DNA of 64,000 nt from Deltaproteobacteria bacterium (GTDB lineage: Bacteria; Desulfobacterota; Desulfuromonadia; Geobacterales; Pseudopelobacteraceae). Numbering within the stretch: the first letter of the stretch is position 1; every line of letters starts with the position of its first letter. This document shows, one piece after another, positions 10,048-19,132 of the stretch. Made by a program: the position numbers and the translations under genes. The notes beneath the pieces are model-generated. The model saw only the letters and a program-made list of their open reading frames with translations. It had not been told where the DNA came from and ran no database searches. Location: contig JACPFJ010000028.1 in NCBI GenBank assembly GCA_016182975.1, forward strand, positions 4,948 through 68,947, read 5' to 3'.

Positions 10048-11631
10048 CTATGAATGCTCGCTGGTCTCGTGGAACTCCAGCCCCTTCCAGTTCTCGATGG
10101 TGTTGTCCAGGCGCCACTGGCTGCCGGCCATGTAGGTCAGCTTCCCCTCGCCGTCGATGTAGACGTGCATGGCCTCCCGCTTCTCGAACTCCTCGATCCG
10201 TTTCCTCTCACCCGTGACCCAGCGGGCGGTGACGTAGCTGACCGGCTCGAAGGCCACCTTGACCCCGTATTCGTGCTCCAGGCGGTGCATGACCACCTCG
10301 AACTGCAACAGCCCCACCGCGCCGATGACCCAGTCGGCACCCATCAGCGGCTTGAAGACCTGGGTGGCGCCCTCCTCGGCCAGCTGCACCAGCCCCTTCT
10401 CCAGGGCCTTGGACTTCATCGGGTTCAAGAGGCGCACCTTGCGGAAGTGTTCCGGGGCGAAGCTGGGGATGCCGGTGAACTTCAGCTCCTCGCCCTGGGT
10501 GAAGGTGTCGCCGATCTTGATCGTGCCGTGGTTGTGGATGCCGATTATGTCCCCCGGCCAGGCCTCCTCCACATTGGTGCGGTCCTGGGCCATGAAGATG
10601 GTGGCGTTGGCGATCTGCACGTCACGCCCCAGCCGGACATGCCTGACCTTCATGCCGCGGGTGAACCGGCCGGAGCAGATGCGGAAAAAGGCGATCCGGT
10701 CGCGGTGGGCCGGGTCCATGTTTGCCTGGATCTTGAAGGTAAAACCGCTGAAGGGCTCCTCGTATGGGGAGACCGCCCTGGTGACGGTCTCGCGGGGAAG
10801 CGGCGCCGGTGCGTGCGCCACGAAGGCGTCCAGGAGTTGCTGGACGCCGAAGGTGTTGATGGCGCTGCCGAAGAAGACCGGAGTTTGCCGGCCGGCCAGG
10901 TAGGCCTCCCTGTCAAAGGGGTGGGCGGCCCCCTCCAGCAGCTCCACGTCGTGGCGCAACTCCGTCACCTGACTCCCCAGGAGCTCATCCAGCAGAGGGT
11001 CGTCCAGGCCGGTGACGGTCAGAACGCGTCCGGTGCCGTTCTGCGCCTCGGCGTCGAAGAAGGTCAACTCCTTGGTGTGGAGGTGATAGGTGCCCCGGAA
11101 GCGCTTGCCCATCCCCACCGGCCAGGTGACCGGCGCGGTCTGCATCCGCAGGTTCTTTTCAATGTCGTCCAGTAGGTCCAGCGGTTCCTGCCCCTCCCGG
11201 TCCAGCTTGTTCATGAAGGTCATGATCGGGGTGTGGCGCAGGCGGCAGACATCCAGCAGTTTCCTGGTCTGGCTCTCCACCCCCTTGACCGAGTCGATCA
11301 CCATCAGCACCGAGTCAACCGCGGTCAGCACCCGGTAGGTGTCCTCGGAGAAGTCGTTATGGCCCGGGGTGTCGAGCAGGTTGATCTCGCAGCCGTTGTA
11401 GGTGAATTTCATCACCGACGAGGTGACCGAAATGCCGCGCTGCTTCTCCAGCTCCATCCAGTCCGAGGTCGCATGGCGCGCGCTCTTCCTGGCCCGGACC
11501 TCGCCGGCCTGCTGGATGGCGCCGCCGAAGAGCAGCAGCTTCTCGGTTATGGTCGTCTTGCCGGCGTCCGGGTGGCTGATGATGGCGAAGGTGCGTCTTT
11601 TATCCACTTCCTGTTGATTATGCCTCTGCAC
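10048..11631 (-). CDS. prfC: Peptide chain release factor 3
   Basis: [33 protein letters not shown]. Confidence 0.97.
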   Translation of the reverse strand: MQRHNQQEVDKRRTFAIISHPDAGKTTITEKLLLFGGAIQQAGEVRARKSARHATSDWMELEKQRGISVTSSVMKFTYNGCEINLLDTPGHNDFSEDTYRVLTAVDSVLMVIDSVKGVESQTRKLLDVCRLRHTPIMTFMNKLDREGQEPLDLLDDIEKNLRMQTAPVTWPVGMGKRFRGTYHLHTKELTFFDAEAQNGTGRVLTVTGLDDPLLDELLGSQVTELRHDVELLEGAAHPFDREAYLAGRQTPVFFGSAINTFGVQQLLDAFVAHAPAPLPRETVTRAVSPYEEPFSGFTFKIQANMDPAHRDRIAFFRICSGRFTRGMKVRHVRLGRDVQIANATIFMAQDRTNVEEAWPGDIIGIHNHGTIKIGDTFTQGEELKFTGIPSFAPEHFRKVRLLNPMKSKALEKGLVQLAEEGATQVFKPLMGADWVIGAVGLLQFEVVMHRLEHEYGVKVAFEPVSYVTARWVTGERKRIEEFEKREAMHVYIDGEGKLTYMAGSQWRLDNTIENWKGLEFHETSEHS

Positions 11632-11690
11632 GTGCGTACTCCTCTATGCAATCGAAAGGCGGGCCTTTGCCCGCCTTGCCTGTTGACTTG

Positions 11691-11851
11691 TAACTATTCA
11701 GCGTTCGTCTCACACAAAGCCACAAAGGCACAAAGAAAGGGTGAATATCCTTGGTTGAAAGTTGGCTTACGAAAAGTTCCGACTGTTCGGTTTTCTTTGT
11801 GTGCTTCGTGCCTTCGTATGAGTACAAGAAGTTTAGTGTTCTGAATCAATA
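11691..11851. repeat. MITE-like element with internal CACRAAG inverted repeats
   Basis: Ends tattcag/ctgaat; inner arms cacaaagccacaaaggcacaaagaaa and tttctttgtgtgcttcgtgccttcgtatgag. Confidence 0.65.
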
Positions 11852-11856
11852 AACGG

Positions 11857-12303
11857 TCAGCGCCTGAAGATCAGCCGATCCAGGCACCACTGGCCGCCGC
11901 CGGCGACCAGCAGGTAGAGCGCCATCCCCAAAAGGGCGACGTTGAACTCGATCCCGTGGCCGCGCCCGGGAACGCAGGCCCCATTGAGGAAGAAGCCGTG
12001 CGCCCAGTGGACCTTGTAGATGGCCACCAGCATGACCGCCGAGATGCCGGTCGCCGAGAGCCGGGTCAGGAAGCCGGTCAGGACGCCGAAGCCGCCGCCG
12101 AATTCGGCGATGATGGCCAGCAGGGTGAAGATCGGGGGGATGCCCATCTTTTCCTCGAAGGTCCTGAAGGTGGCGGTCAATCCCTGTCCGCCGAACAGCC
12201 CCAGGAGCTTCTGCGAACCATGCGCCATGAAGATCAGCCCCAGGGGGATCCGCACCATCAGCGGGGCAATCATGCCGCTTGCGTCAAAATTCCCTTTTGC
12301 CAT
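11857..12303 (-). CDS. DoxX family membrane protein
   Basis: RIPLGLIFMAHGSQKL, AEFGGG..GFLTR, GIEFNVAL; ATG at 12303 with GGAGG RBS. Confidence 0.9.
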   Translation of the reverse strand: MAKGNFDASGMIAPLMVRIPLGLIFMAHGSQKLLGLFGGQGLTATFRTFEEKMGIPPIFTLLAIIAEFGGGFGVLTGFLTRLSATGISAVMLVAIYKVHWAHGFFLNGACVPGRGHGIEFNVALLGMALYLLVAGGGQWCLDRLIFRR

Positions 12304-12349
12304 GCCATGCCTCCGCGACGTCCGGGGTGGGGCGCTGCCGCGCAAATAC

Positions 12350-12369
12350 AAAAGGGGACATATGTCCCC
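12350..12369 (-). terminator. Hairpin terminator downstream of the tRNA
   Basis: ggggacatatgtcccc followed by a T run on the minus strand. Confidence 0.55.
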
Positions 12370-12382
12370 AAGGGTGATAAAT

Positions 12383-12459
12383 TGGCGGGCGGCATGGGAT
12401 TCGAACCCACGACCCCAGGCTTCGGAGGCCTGTACTCTATCCAGCTGAGCTAACCGCCC
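12383..12459 (-). tRNA. tRNA-Arg(CCG)
   Basis: 77-nt cloverleaf: GGGCGGT/GCCGCCC acceptor stem, CAGGC-CTCCGAA-GCCTG anticodon arm, GGTTCGAATCC, encoded CCA. Confidence 0.97.
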
Positions 12460-12607
12460 GCACATGAGGGCATCCGCCCGCAGGCGGATGACTTGTAAGA
12501 GTAACATTAATAAGGGCGGCAACTCAAGCCAAAAATCTGTCAATTTGGCGTTTCGTTTGCTAAACTGCCTCACATCCGGCGGATCACTATAAGTATTCGG
12601 GTGTGAC

Positions 12608-13228
12608 ATGAATAATCGAAACGCAATCCGCGTCATCGGCCTGACCGGCGGGATCGCCAGCGGCAAGAGCACGGTGGCCAGGTTCCTCGAAGAGCAGGGC
12701 GCCGTGGTTGTCGATGCCGACGCCCTGTCGCGCGAGGCGGTCGGACCGGGGAGCGCCGCGCTGGCGCGGATCGTGGCCGCATTCGGCGAGGAGATGCTCC
12801 TGCCGGGCGGCGGCCTCGACCGCAAACGCCTGGGCAGGGTGGTGTTCGCCGATCCCGCCAAGCGCACGCTTCTGGAAGGAATCGTTCACCCCGAGATCAG
12901 GCGCCTGGCGGACGAACGCATCGCCAGTGCCGCCGCCGAGGGGCGGCGTGTGGTTTTCTACATGGCGCCGCTCCTGATCGAGTCCGGCTCCGTCGAGCGG
13001 GTCGACGAGGTCTGGGTGGTGACCGTCCGCCCGGAAATCCAGTTGGAGCGTCTGATGAGGCGCGACGGCATCGGCCGCGAGGAGGCCGGGCGCATCATCG
13101 CCAGCCAGATGCCGCTGGTCGAGAAGGAGCGCCACGGCAGCATCGTGATCGACAACAGCGGTACACCCGAAGAGACGCGCCGCGTGCTGGCCGAAATCTG
13201 GGCGCGGGAGATCAGGAGCATGCAATGA
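12608..13228 (+). CDS. coaE: Dephospho-CoA kinase
   Basis: IGLTGGIASGKSTV, LEGIVHP. Confidence 0.96.
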   Translation: MNNRNAIRVIGLTGGIASGKSTVARFLEEQGAVVVDADALSREAVGPGSAALARIVAAFGEEMLLPGGGLDRKRLGRVVFADPAKRTLLEGIVHPEIRRLADERIASAAAEGRRVVFYMAPLLIESGSVERVDEVWVVTVRPEIQLERLMRRDGIGREEAGRIIASQMPLVEKERHGSIVIDNSGTPEETRRVLAEIWAREIRSMQ

Positions 13229-14406
13229 GCGAGAAGAACCACATATTGAGAAAGGGGTCACGGCCGGCGTCGCCGCCGGATGTTCCCTTGCACTGCTTTG
13301 CCGCTGTCCCGCGCGGGGCCGAGGAGATGACGGCCGCCGAGCTGGCGGCGCTGGGTATCCGGGGGGCGGCCGTGGGGCGCGGCGGGGTCTCGTTTACGAC
13401 CGGCCGGGCCGGCCTGTACCGCGCCAACCTCTGGCTGCGCAGCGCCAGCCGGGTGCTGGTAGGGCTGGCCGAGTTCCCCTGCGCCACCCCGGACGAGCTC
13501 TACGCCGGTGTGCACGCCATTGCCTGGCAGGAGTTGATCACCCCGGCCATGACCCTGGCGGTGGACTGCACCCTGCGCGACTCGGCCCTGACCCACTCCG
13601 GATTCGTGGCGCTCAAGACCAAGGACGCCATCGTGGACCGCATCCGCGAGGCATGCGGCAGCCGCCCCAACGTCGATACCGCCGCACCGGACGTGCGTGT
13701 CAACATCCACCTGGCGAAGAACCGCTGCAGCGTCAGCCTGGACAGCTCGGGCGAGCCGCTGGACCGGCGCGGCTACCGGCTGGAGCGCACCGAGGCCCCG
13801 CTGCGCGAGACGCTGGCCGCCGCCGTGATCGCCCTGACCGGCTGGGACGGGACCATCCCGCTTGTGGACCCGATGTGCGGCTCGGGGACCATCCCCATCG
13901 AGGCGGCGCTGCTGGCGGCACGGACGCCGCCGGGCCTGCGGCGCTCGTTCGGCTTCCAGCGCTGGCTGGATTTCGACAACAGGTTGTGGGACAGGCTGCT
14001 CAAGGAGGCCGAGGGCGGGATACAGAGGCTTCCGGTCGGCTTGATAACCGGCTATGACCAGGACAGCCGGGCGCTGGTGCTGGCAGCTAAAAACGCCGCC
14101 AAGGCCGGATTCGAGGGACAGCTGCACTTCTTTCATGCCACCCTGGAGGCGTTCCGGCCGGAGGGGGACAAAGGGGTGCTGATCGTCAACCCCCCTTACG
14201 GCATGCGGCTGGGGGAAGAGGAGGAACTGCGGGAGCTGTACTGCCGCATCGGCGACATCATGAAGCAGCGCTGCCGCGGCTGGACCGGCTTCGTGCTGAC
14301 CGGCAACCTGGAGCTGGCCAAGTACATCGGCCTGAAGGCGTCGCGCCGCTTCGTGCTCTTCAACGGCCCTATCGAGTGCCGGCTCTTGCGCTACGAGCTG
14401 TACTGA
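13225..14406 (+). CDS. THUMP-domain RNA methyltransferase (RlmL N-terminal-like)
   Basis: RANLWLRSASRV, EAPLRETLAA, DPMCGSGT, NPPYG. Confidence 0.9.
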   Translation: MSEKNHILRKGSRPASPPDVPLHCFAAVPRGAEEMTAAELAALGIRGAAVGRGGVSFTTGRAGLYRANLWLRSASRVLVGLAEFPCATPDELYAGVHAIAWQELITPAMTLAVDCTLRDSALTHSGFVALKTKDAIVDRIREACGSRPNVDTAAPDVRVNIHLAKNRCSVSLDSSGEPLDRRGYRLERTEAPLRETLAAAVIALTGWDGTIPLVDPMCGSGTIPIEAALLAARTPPGLRRSFGFQRWLDFDNRLWDRLLKEAEGGIQRLPVGLITGYDQDSRALVLAAKNAAKAGFEGQLHFFHATLEAFRPEGDKGVLIVNPPYGMRLGEEEELRELYCRIGDIMKQRCRGWTGFVLTGNLELAKYIGLKASRRFVLFNGPIECRLLRYELY

Positions 14407-14461
14407 CTCATCCGACCACAGGGTCCACCCATGTGGTTTTGTTTTTCGGGAAAAAATCGCC

Positions 14462-15175
14462 ATGCCTGCTGCCAAACGCCCCCCAGCGAAACATCAACCC
14501 AAAGGGCTTCCGATCCTCTACGAGGACAGGGATATCATCGTGGTGGAAAAACCGGGCGGCCTCTTGACGATGGGGACGGACCGGGACAAGTCGCGAACGG
14601 TCCACACCATTCTCAACGAGTATGTCCGCAAGGGGGACCCCCGTTCAAGAAACCGTGTCTACATCGTCCACCGCCTGGACCGCGAGACCTCCGGCATCCT
14701 GATCCTTGCCAAGAGCGAGCCGGCCAAGTCCTTTCTGCAGGGGCACTGGCAGGAGACCGACAAGCGCTACCTTACGGTCGTATACGGCCAGCTTGCGCCG
14801 AAGGCGGGGACGATCAGCAGCTACCTGGCCGAGAACAGCGCCTTTAAGGTCTATTCCACCCCCGATCCGGCACTGGGGCGGTTGTCCCATACCGAGTATA
14901 CGGTCCTGAAAGAGGCCAAAGGGTTCAGCCTGCTCGAAATCCACCTGCTCACCGGCCGCAAACACCAGATACGGGTGCACCTGTCGGAAAAGGGCAACCC
15001 CGTCGTGGGTGACGGAAAATACGGCAGGGGGAGCGATGCCCATGGCACCCTGGCACTGCATGCCAGATCGATCTCTTTCACACACCCTGTCAGCGGCAAA
15101 CGGCTGACCTTTGAAACCGGCATCCCGGATCTTTTTACCCGCCTGGTCGGGAAGATAGAAACGCCGGCAGCCTGA
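14462..15175 (+). CDS. RluA-family pseudouridine synthase
   Basis: VHRLDRETSG, TGRKHQIRVH, LALHA. Confidence 0.93.
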   Translation: MPAAKRPPAKHQPKGLPILYEDRDIIVVEKPGGLLTMGTDRDKSRTVHTILNEYVRKGDPRSRNRVYIVHRLDRETSGILILAKSEPAKSFLQGHWQETDKRYLTVVYGQLAPKAGTISSYLAENSAFKVYSTPDPALGRLSHTEYTVLKEAKGFSLLEIHLLTGRKHQIRVHLSEKGNPVVGDGKYGRGSDAHGTLALHARSISFTHPVSGKRLTFETGIPDLFTRLVGKIETPAA

Positions 15176-15434
15176 TCGATCCCGCGACAACCTCTCGGGC
15201 TCTTAGTGAATCTCAGGTTCTACCCCAGGATTCCGATTGTGGAATGATTAGCAGGGGTTCCCTTTCGTGCTTTTCGTGTATTTCGTGGACCAGGATTGTT
15301 GTTGATGTGCTCCGTTGACAGGCGGGTAGCGCTGGGGCGGCCTTTTTTTATTCAACTGCCTTTTCAGGCCATAAACTGCAAGAAGAGAAAAACGGTTGCA
15401 CATTGTTCTCAAATATACAACAAATGAAGCTATT

Positions 15435-15755
15435 GTGAGAACAACAGCGAATAAACAGATAAAAACCAGCGGTCTGGCGGAAACCCTTTTCAGCGATTAC
15501 CGGCGGCGGGTGCTGGCCCTGTTGCTGCTGCGTCCCGACGAGCATTTCCATGTCAGAGAGATTTCCCGGTTGACGGCAATCCCGGCAGGGTCACTGCATC
15601 GGGAGCTCAAGCTGCTTGCGGATGCCGGACTCCTGGAGCGGCATGCGCAGGGCAATCAGGTCCGTTATCAGGCCAACCTGGATTGCCCTATTTTCACCGA
15701 ACTGGCCGGCATCTTCCGCAAGACCAGCGGTCTGGGGGCGACTCTAGGGACGTAG
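15435..15755 (+). pseudogene. 3'-truncated wHTH + nucleotidyltransferase (MNT-antitoxin-type) gene
   Basis: LF..RRRVLALL..HVRE..GSLHRELKLL..GNQVRYQAN..CPIF.EL..IFRKTSGL resembles the N-terminal half of that family; the frame stops inside a palindrome. Confidence 0.65.
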
Positions 15756-15815
15756 TTTATTTGTCTAGTAACTCCGACAAAAAAGCACGTTAGTGAACTA
15801 ATAAACAACGTCCCC
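15747..15815. repeat. REP-like palindrome A
   Basis: gggacgtagtttatt ... aataaacaacgtccc inverted arms. Confidence 0.8.
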
Positions 15816-15825
15816 GGCGGGGTCC

Positions 15826-15862
15826 CCGCTTCGCTCCGCCGGTGCGCCTTGTAACGTTGAAC
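15826..15862 (+). mobile_element. Right half of a truncated attC site (R' core GTTGAAC)
   Basis: Shares ccgcttcgctccgc with attC2 and ends in GTTRRRY at 15856-15862. Confidence 0.6.
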
Positions 15863-15883
15863 GAAAAGAGAGAGGAATTAAAT

Positions 15884-16198
15884 ATGCCGACGATCCGAAC
15901 TCTTAGCGGAAGAAACTCCTTTTCGTACACAGGAAACTGCAAAGAAGGGTTTTATCTGGAGTACTCCGACCGCCCCTTCGTCTCCCCTCAAGTTATTTCC
16001 TCAATTACTTCATTTTTTTGTGGCACCACAGTCATTGGAGGCTTCAATGTCAGCAATCCCAAAGGCTTCGGAAAGTGGCTCCAAGAAAACACTTCTTTCA
16101 CATCAAGACATGGCTCACATATCGCCGCAGTATTGGCTCATGAAGACTTGCTGGTGCCTTCCTGGGACGGGAACCGAATACTGCTTCATTTTCGCTAG
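15884..16198 (+). CDS. Cassette 1 hypothetical protein A
   Basis: 104-aa low-GC ORF with a GAGG RBS, starting 21 nt after the core site. Confidence 0.7.
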   Translation: MPTIRTLSGRNSFSYTGNCKEGFYLEYSDRPFVSPQVISSITSFFCGTTVIGGFNVSNPKGFGKWLQENTSFTSRHGSHIAAVLAHEDLLVPSWDGNRILLHFR

Positions 16199-16225
16199 TC
16201 AGCATTCGTAAAAGAGGAGGCACCC

Positions 16226-16609
16226 TTGTCAGTTCAGGCCATTGTTGTCGCGATTATTTCCTCACTTATTTCAGGATTGGTCGGCGTGGCAGTTTCGGCG
16301 TGGTTTTTCTACAAGCTGGAGCGACACAAACTGAAACTCGACCTTGCACGTAGACTGTTAGGAAACCGGTTCAGTATTTTGGGTGACAACTTCTCATGTG
16401 CAATGAACGAGGTCATTGCAGTTTTCGCTGACTCTCCAGAAGTGCTTGAAAAGATGGGGCGGCTTTATGAGGCACTTCAGGTGCCGGGAAAACCAAATGC
16501 TAACGGGGCGCTCATGGACTTTCTTAAGGCGGTTTGCAAGAGTTCGGGGCTTACGCAGGCGACTTTGAACGATGGTTACCTCATCAAAACGTTAAATGCC
16601 AGAAACTAA
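16226..16609 (+). CDS. Cassette 1 hypothetical membrane-anchored protein B
   Basis: GGAGG RBS, TTG start, N-terminal TM helix; the stop abuts attC1. Confidence 0.75.
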   Translation: MSVQAIVVAIISSLISGLVGVAVSAWFFYKLERHKLKLDLARRLLGNRFSILGDNFSCAMNEVIAVFADSPEVLEKMGRLYEALQVPGKPNANGALMDFLKAVCKSSGLTQATLNDGYLIKTLNARN

Positions 16610-16610
16610 C

Positions 16611-16674
16611 GTCCAACAAGGCTAGTAGACCGGTCGCGATAAACCCCGCGCCGGTCACCGCCAAGCCGTTATGA
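16611..16674 (+). mobile_element. attC site 1
   Basis: R'' GTCCAAC, stem GACCGG(T)CGCG..CGCGCCGGTC, R' GTTATGA; 64 bp. Confidence 0.78.
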
Positions 16675-16734
16675 CACGAATATGATGAAAACAAAAAGGC
16701 AAAACGGCGAGAAGGCGAGCCAAGCGAGGATTCA

Positions 16735-17028
16735 ATGCAAATGGGTGAGATACAGCAGAACTACAGGAAGAGAAAAACCATCTACTTGGGTTTAATTGCA
16801 GCCTTATTTGCAATTCTCATAGCCTTTCGATTTATCGCACCAGAGGGCGAACATAAAGTAACATCACTAGAAGCAATGATGATTGTCTCGCTAATCGGGA
16901 TTGTTGTAGCTATCTATGCAGTATTCCGCTGCCCAAAATGCAAGACTGCCCTGGTCCCAGCATATTCCGCATCATGGGGAAAGCTGAACCACTGTCCAAA
17001 GTGTGGTGTCAATCTGTCTGGCAAATGA
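16735..17028 (+). CDS. Cassette 2 two-TM protein with a C-terminal zinc ribbon
   Basis: Two hydrophobic helices, then CPKC..CPKC. Confidence 0.75.
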   Translation: MQMGEIQQNYRKRKTIYLGLIAALFAILIAFRFIAPEGEHKVTSLEAMMIVSLIGIVVAIYAVFRCPKCKTALVPAYSASWGKLNHCPKCGVNLSGK

Positions 17029-17058
17029 AGCACCTGTGAGGGCAGTGAATAAACAACG

Positions 17059-17120
17059 TCATAACTAAGCGCAGCAGCAGTCTCCGCTTCGCTCCGCTGC
17101 TGTACTCTCCCATGTTGGGC
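17059..17120 (+). mobile_element. attC site 2
   Basis: GTCATAAC (17058-17065) is the exact reverse complement of the cassette-start GTTATGAC; central cgcttcgct; R' GTTGGGC. Confidence 0.8.
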
Positions 17121-17239
17121 AGAAAGTGAAATAAATTTAGAATTGATGGGGGTTAGATGCGGGGACGATGGAGCGTTATTGGCAAGTGGGACTGAAACAA
17201 CGTGAAGTCTTCATCTGTGGTGAATAGAGGAGGACAGGG

Positions 17240-17326
17240 TGTTTATTTGTTTACTAACGCTGACTTGACTGCGACATGATAAACAAATAAACAACGTCAC
17301 CGGAGAGGCCCGTCACCGGAGAGGCC
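17240..17326. repeat. REP-like palindrome B with a 16-bp tandem duplication
   Basis: Perfect 14-bp IR tgtttatttgttta/taaacaaataaaca; cgtcaccggagaggcc x2 at 17295-17326. Confidence 0.8.
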
Positions 17327-17386
17327 CCTGGCAGAGGAAGGTCGTATATCATTGAAGTTCGTAACAGACGACATATCAATTGGTTA

Positions 17387-17432
17387 GTAGTCGCAATTTG
17401 ACAAATTGACTACGTCCCCGGATGGGTCCCCC
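17387..17432. repeat. REP-like palindrome C ending ACTACGTCCCC
   Basis: gtagtc-gc-aatttg/caaatt-gactac hairpin, then gtccccggatgggtcccc. Confidence 0.6.
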
Positions 17433-17442
17433 AGCCCTGAAT

Positions 17443-17661
17443 TTACCACTCATCGCGCATCTTCCGCTGGGTTGCTACGGCATCTCCCTTCCAGGACAGC
17501 TTGCCGCAGAGATCTGAGAAACGGTAAGTTGCCGCATGTTGAGTTTTCATTTTCTTCGTTTTGCCGCTCCGGTACAAAAGAAACTGATAAAAATCCCGTA
17601 CCTCTCGCCGTGAAGACGCGGGCAGAACGGAAAGATCGAGCAGGTCGGCTGTTGTCGCCAT
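17443..17661 (-). CDS. Orphan antitoxin-like small protein (DUF2281-like)
   Basis: LP..RREVRDFYQFL and a C-terminal QRKMRDEW; no toxin gene follows. Confidence 0.65.
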   Translation of the reverse strand: MATTADLLDLSVLPASSRREVRDFYQFLLYRSGKTKKMKTQHAATYRFSDLCGKLSWKGDAVATQRKMRDEW

Positions 17662-17862
17662 AACTTATACCCCCTTACGGCAAAAAAGTAGCATAGCGAT
17701 ATGAAAGTGACAAGCTTTCCATCAGTGATAACGGAATTCCCGCATGCTCACCAACTGCCTGAAAACCTTCCCCACCCTCCATTCCGGAGCCATTGGGGGA
17801 CATGACAAAGTAAACCTTGGTCAATTACGGGTCGCTTAAATTGATGTCACGACGGAGCGCAT

Positions 17863-18360
17863 ATGAATGCAACGGCCAGCTACTGGATCGACCGCCTCTC
17901 CCTCATTCGCCACCCTGAGGGGGGATGGTTCTGCGAAACCTACCGCTCGGCCGGGTCGGTGGCGGCCTGCGCCCTGCCGGTGCGCTTCGGGGGGGAACGC
18001 TCCCTTTCCACCGCCATCTACTTTCTGCTGGAGGCGGGGGAATTTTCCGCCTTCCACCGGATAAAGTCCGACGAGATGTGGCATGCCTACACGGGTGATG
18101 CGCTGACGGTGCATGTGATCGACCCGGATGGGGAATACCGGGCACTCAGGCTGGGGGGCGTCCCGGAGCGGGGAGAGTGCTTTCAGGGGGTGGTGCCGGC
18201 GGGGTGCTGGTTTGCGGCGGAAACGGAAGGGGAATATTCCCTCGTAGGCTGCACCGTCTCCCCCGGTTTCGCCTTTGAAGATTTCGAGATGGCGGCGCGC
18301 GGCGCGCTCGTTTCGCTCTATCCAAGGCATCGGGAGCTGATCACCAGGTTCACCCGTTGA
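17863..18360 (+). CDS. Cupin domain protein (DUF985/Cupin_5)
   Basis: HPEGGWF.ET, STAIYFLL, FHRIKSDEMWH, GCTVSPGF. Confidence 0.92.
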   Translation: MNATASYWIDRLSLIRHPEGGWFCETYRSAGSVAACALPVRFGGERSLSTAIYFLLEAGEFSAFHRIKSDEMWHAYTGDALTVHVIDPDGEYRALRLGGVPERGECFQGVVPAGCWFAAETEGEYSLVGCTVSPGFAFEDFEMAARGALVSLYPRHRELITRFTR

Positions 18361-18558
18361 CAGGGCGGCCCAGGGGGCTATGCCCCGCAGCCCGCTTGGA
18401 TTGTCCTGAGCCGGCAAAGCCGGAACCAGATAAGAAAGGCATTTTGTGCCTCAGATTACCTCGCGGTTACCGGGATTTCAGGCCAGTGTAAACTTAGAAG
18501 AAGCCTCGAAAAAGGGTTTTGAATCCGGAGCCTGTTCGTTATTAAAAAGGGACCTGAC

Positions 18559-19053
18559 ATGAAATTCACCCTGCTGACCCATTTCAAGGAGTTCGATAAA
18601 CGATCCAATACCGGGCGGGTGGTGCTGGACGTATTGGGGAGCGCGGCCGAGCAGGTCCGCTGGGACAGGCTGAATCCGCCCGCCGGGCTCGTCGGGGAGA
18701 TCGAGGCGGGTGGTGTGGCGCTGGTCTACCCCGGCACCGCAGGCCCGGATGACGAAGATTTGAGCGATATCGGGCACTTTGTCATCATCGACGGCACCTG
18801 GCATGAGGCACGAAAGATCCATCAGAAAAGCCCGTACCTGCGGAAGGCCCGCCGGGTCTGTCTCAAGCCCGCGGGGAAGTCGGTCTACAACCTCAGGAAA
18901 AACCAGAAGGAAGCGTGCCTCTGTACCGCGGAGTGCGTGATCGAAATCCTGCGCAGCACGGGAAGGACCGAGCAGGCCGAGCGGCTGCAGGAACGTTTTC
19001 TGGCATTTATCAGGCCGCTTGGCGCCATGCGCGGAGAGGTGCAGGGGCATTGA
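18559..19053 (+). CDS. DTW-domain tRNA-uridine aminocarboxypropyltransferase
   Basis: H.KE..SNTG, IIDGTW.EARKI, LCTAE. Confidence 0.85.
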   Translation: MKFTLLTHFKEFDKRSNTGRVVLDVLGSAAEQVRWDRLNPPAGLVGEIEAGGVALVYPGTAGPDDEDLSDIGHFVIIDGTWHEARKIHQKSPYLRKARRVCLKPAGKSVYNLRKNQKEACLCTAECVIEILRSTGRTEQAERLQERFLAFIRPLGAMRGEVQGH

Positions 19054-19132
19054 TGCGGCGAATTTGAACAGGCAATTCCGGAGACGGCGTCCTGCAATAT
19101 GCCGAATATGCACCAAGAGGGTTTGTGTCCAC

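Noticed and set aside
12383..12459. tRNA-Arg as an island integration site
   Set aside because: No integrase or duplicated tRNA 3' end was seen in the window.
11857..12867. 336-aa extended DoxX ORF
   Set aside because: The extension runs through the tRNA and coaE; the ATG at 12303 has a good RBS.
15747..17432. Palindromes as CRISPR repeats or IS terminal repeats
   Set aside because: Spacing is irregular, no transposase lies between them, and there is no flanking target-site duplication.
18360..18558. Cyclic-dinucleotide riboswitch (GCAAAGCC motif)
   Set aside because: The GGCAAAC/GAAA P1-P2 architecture is not present.
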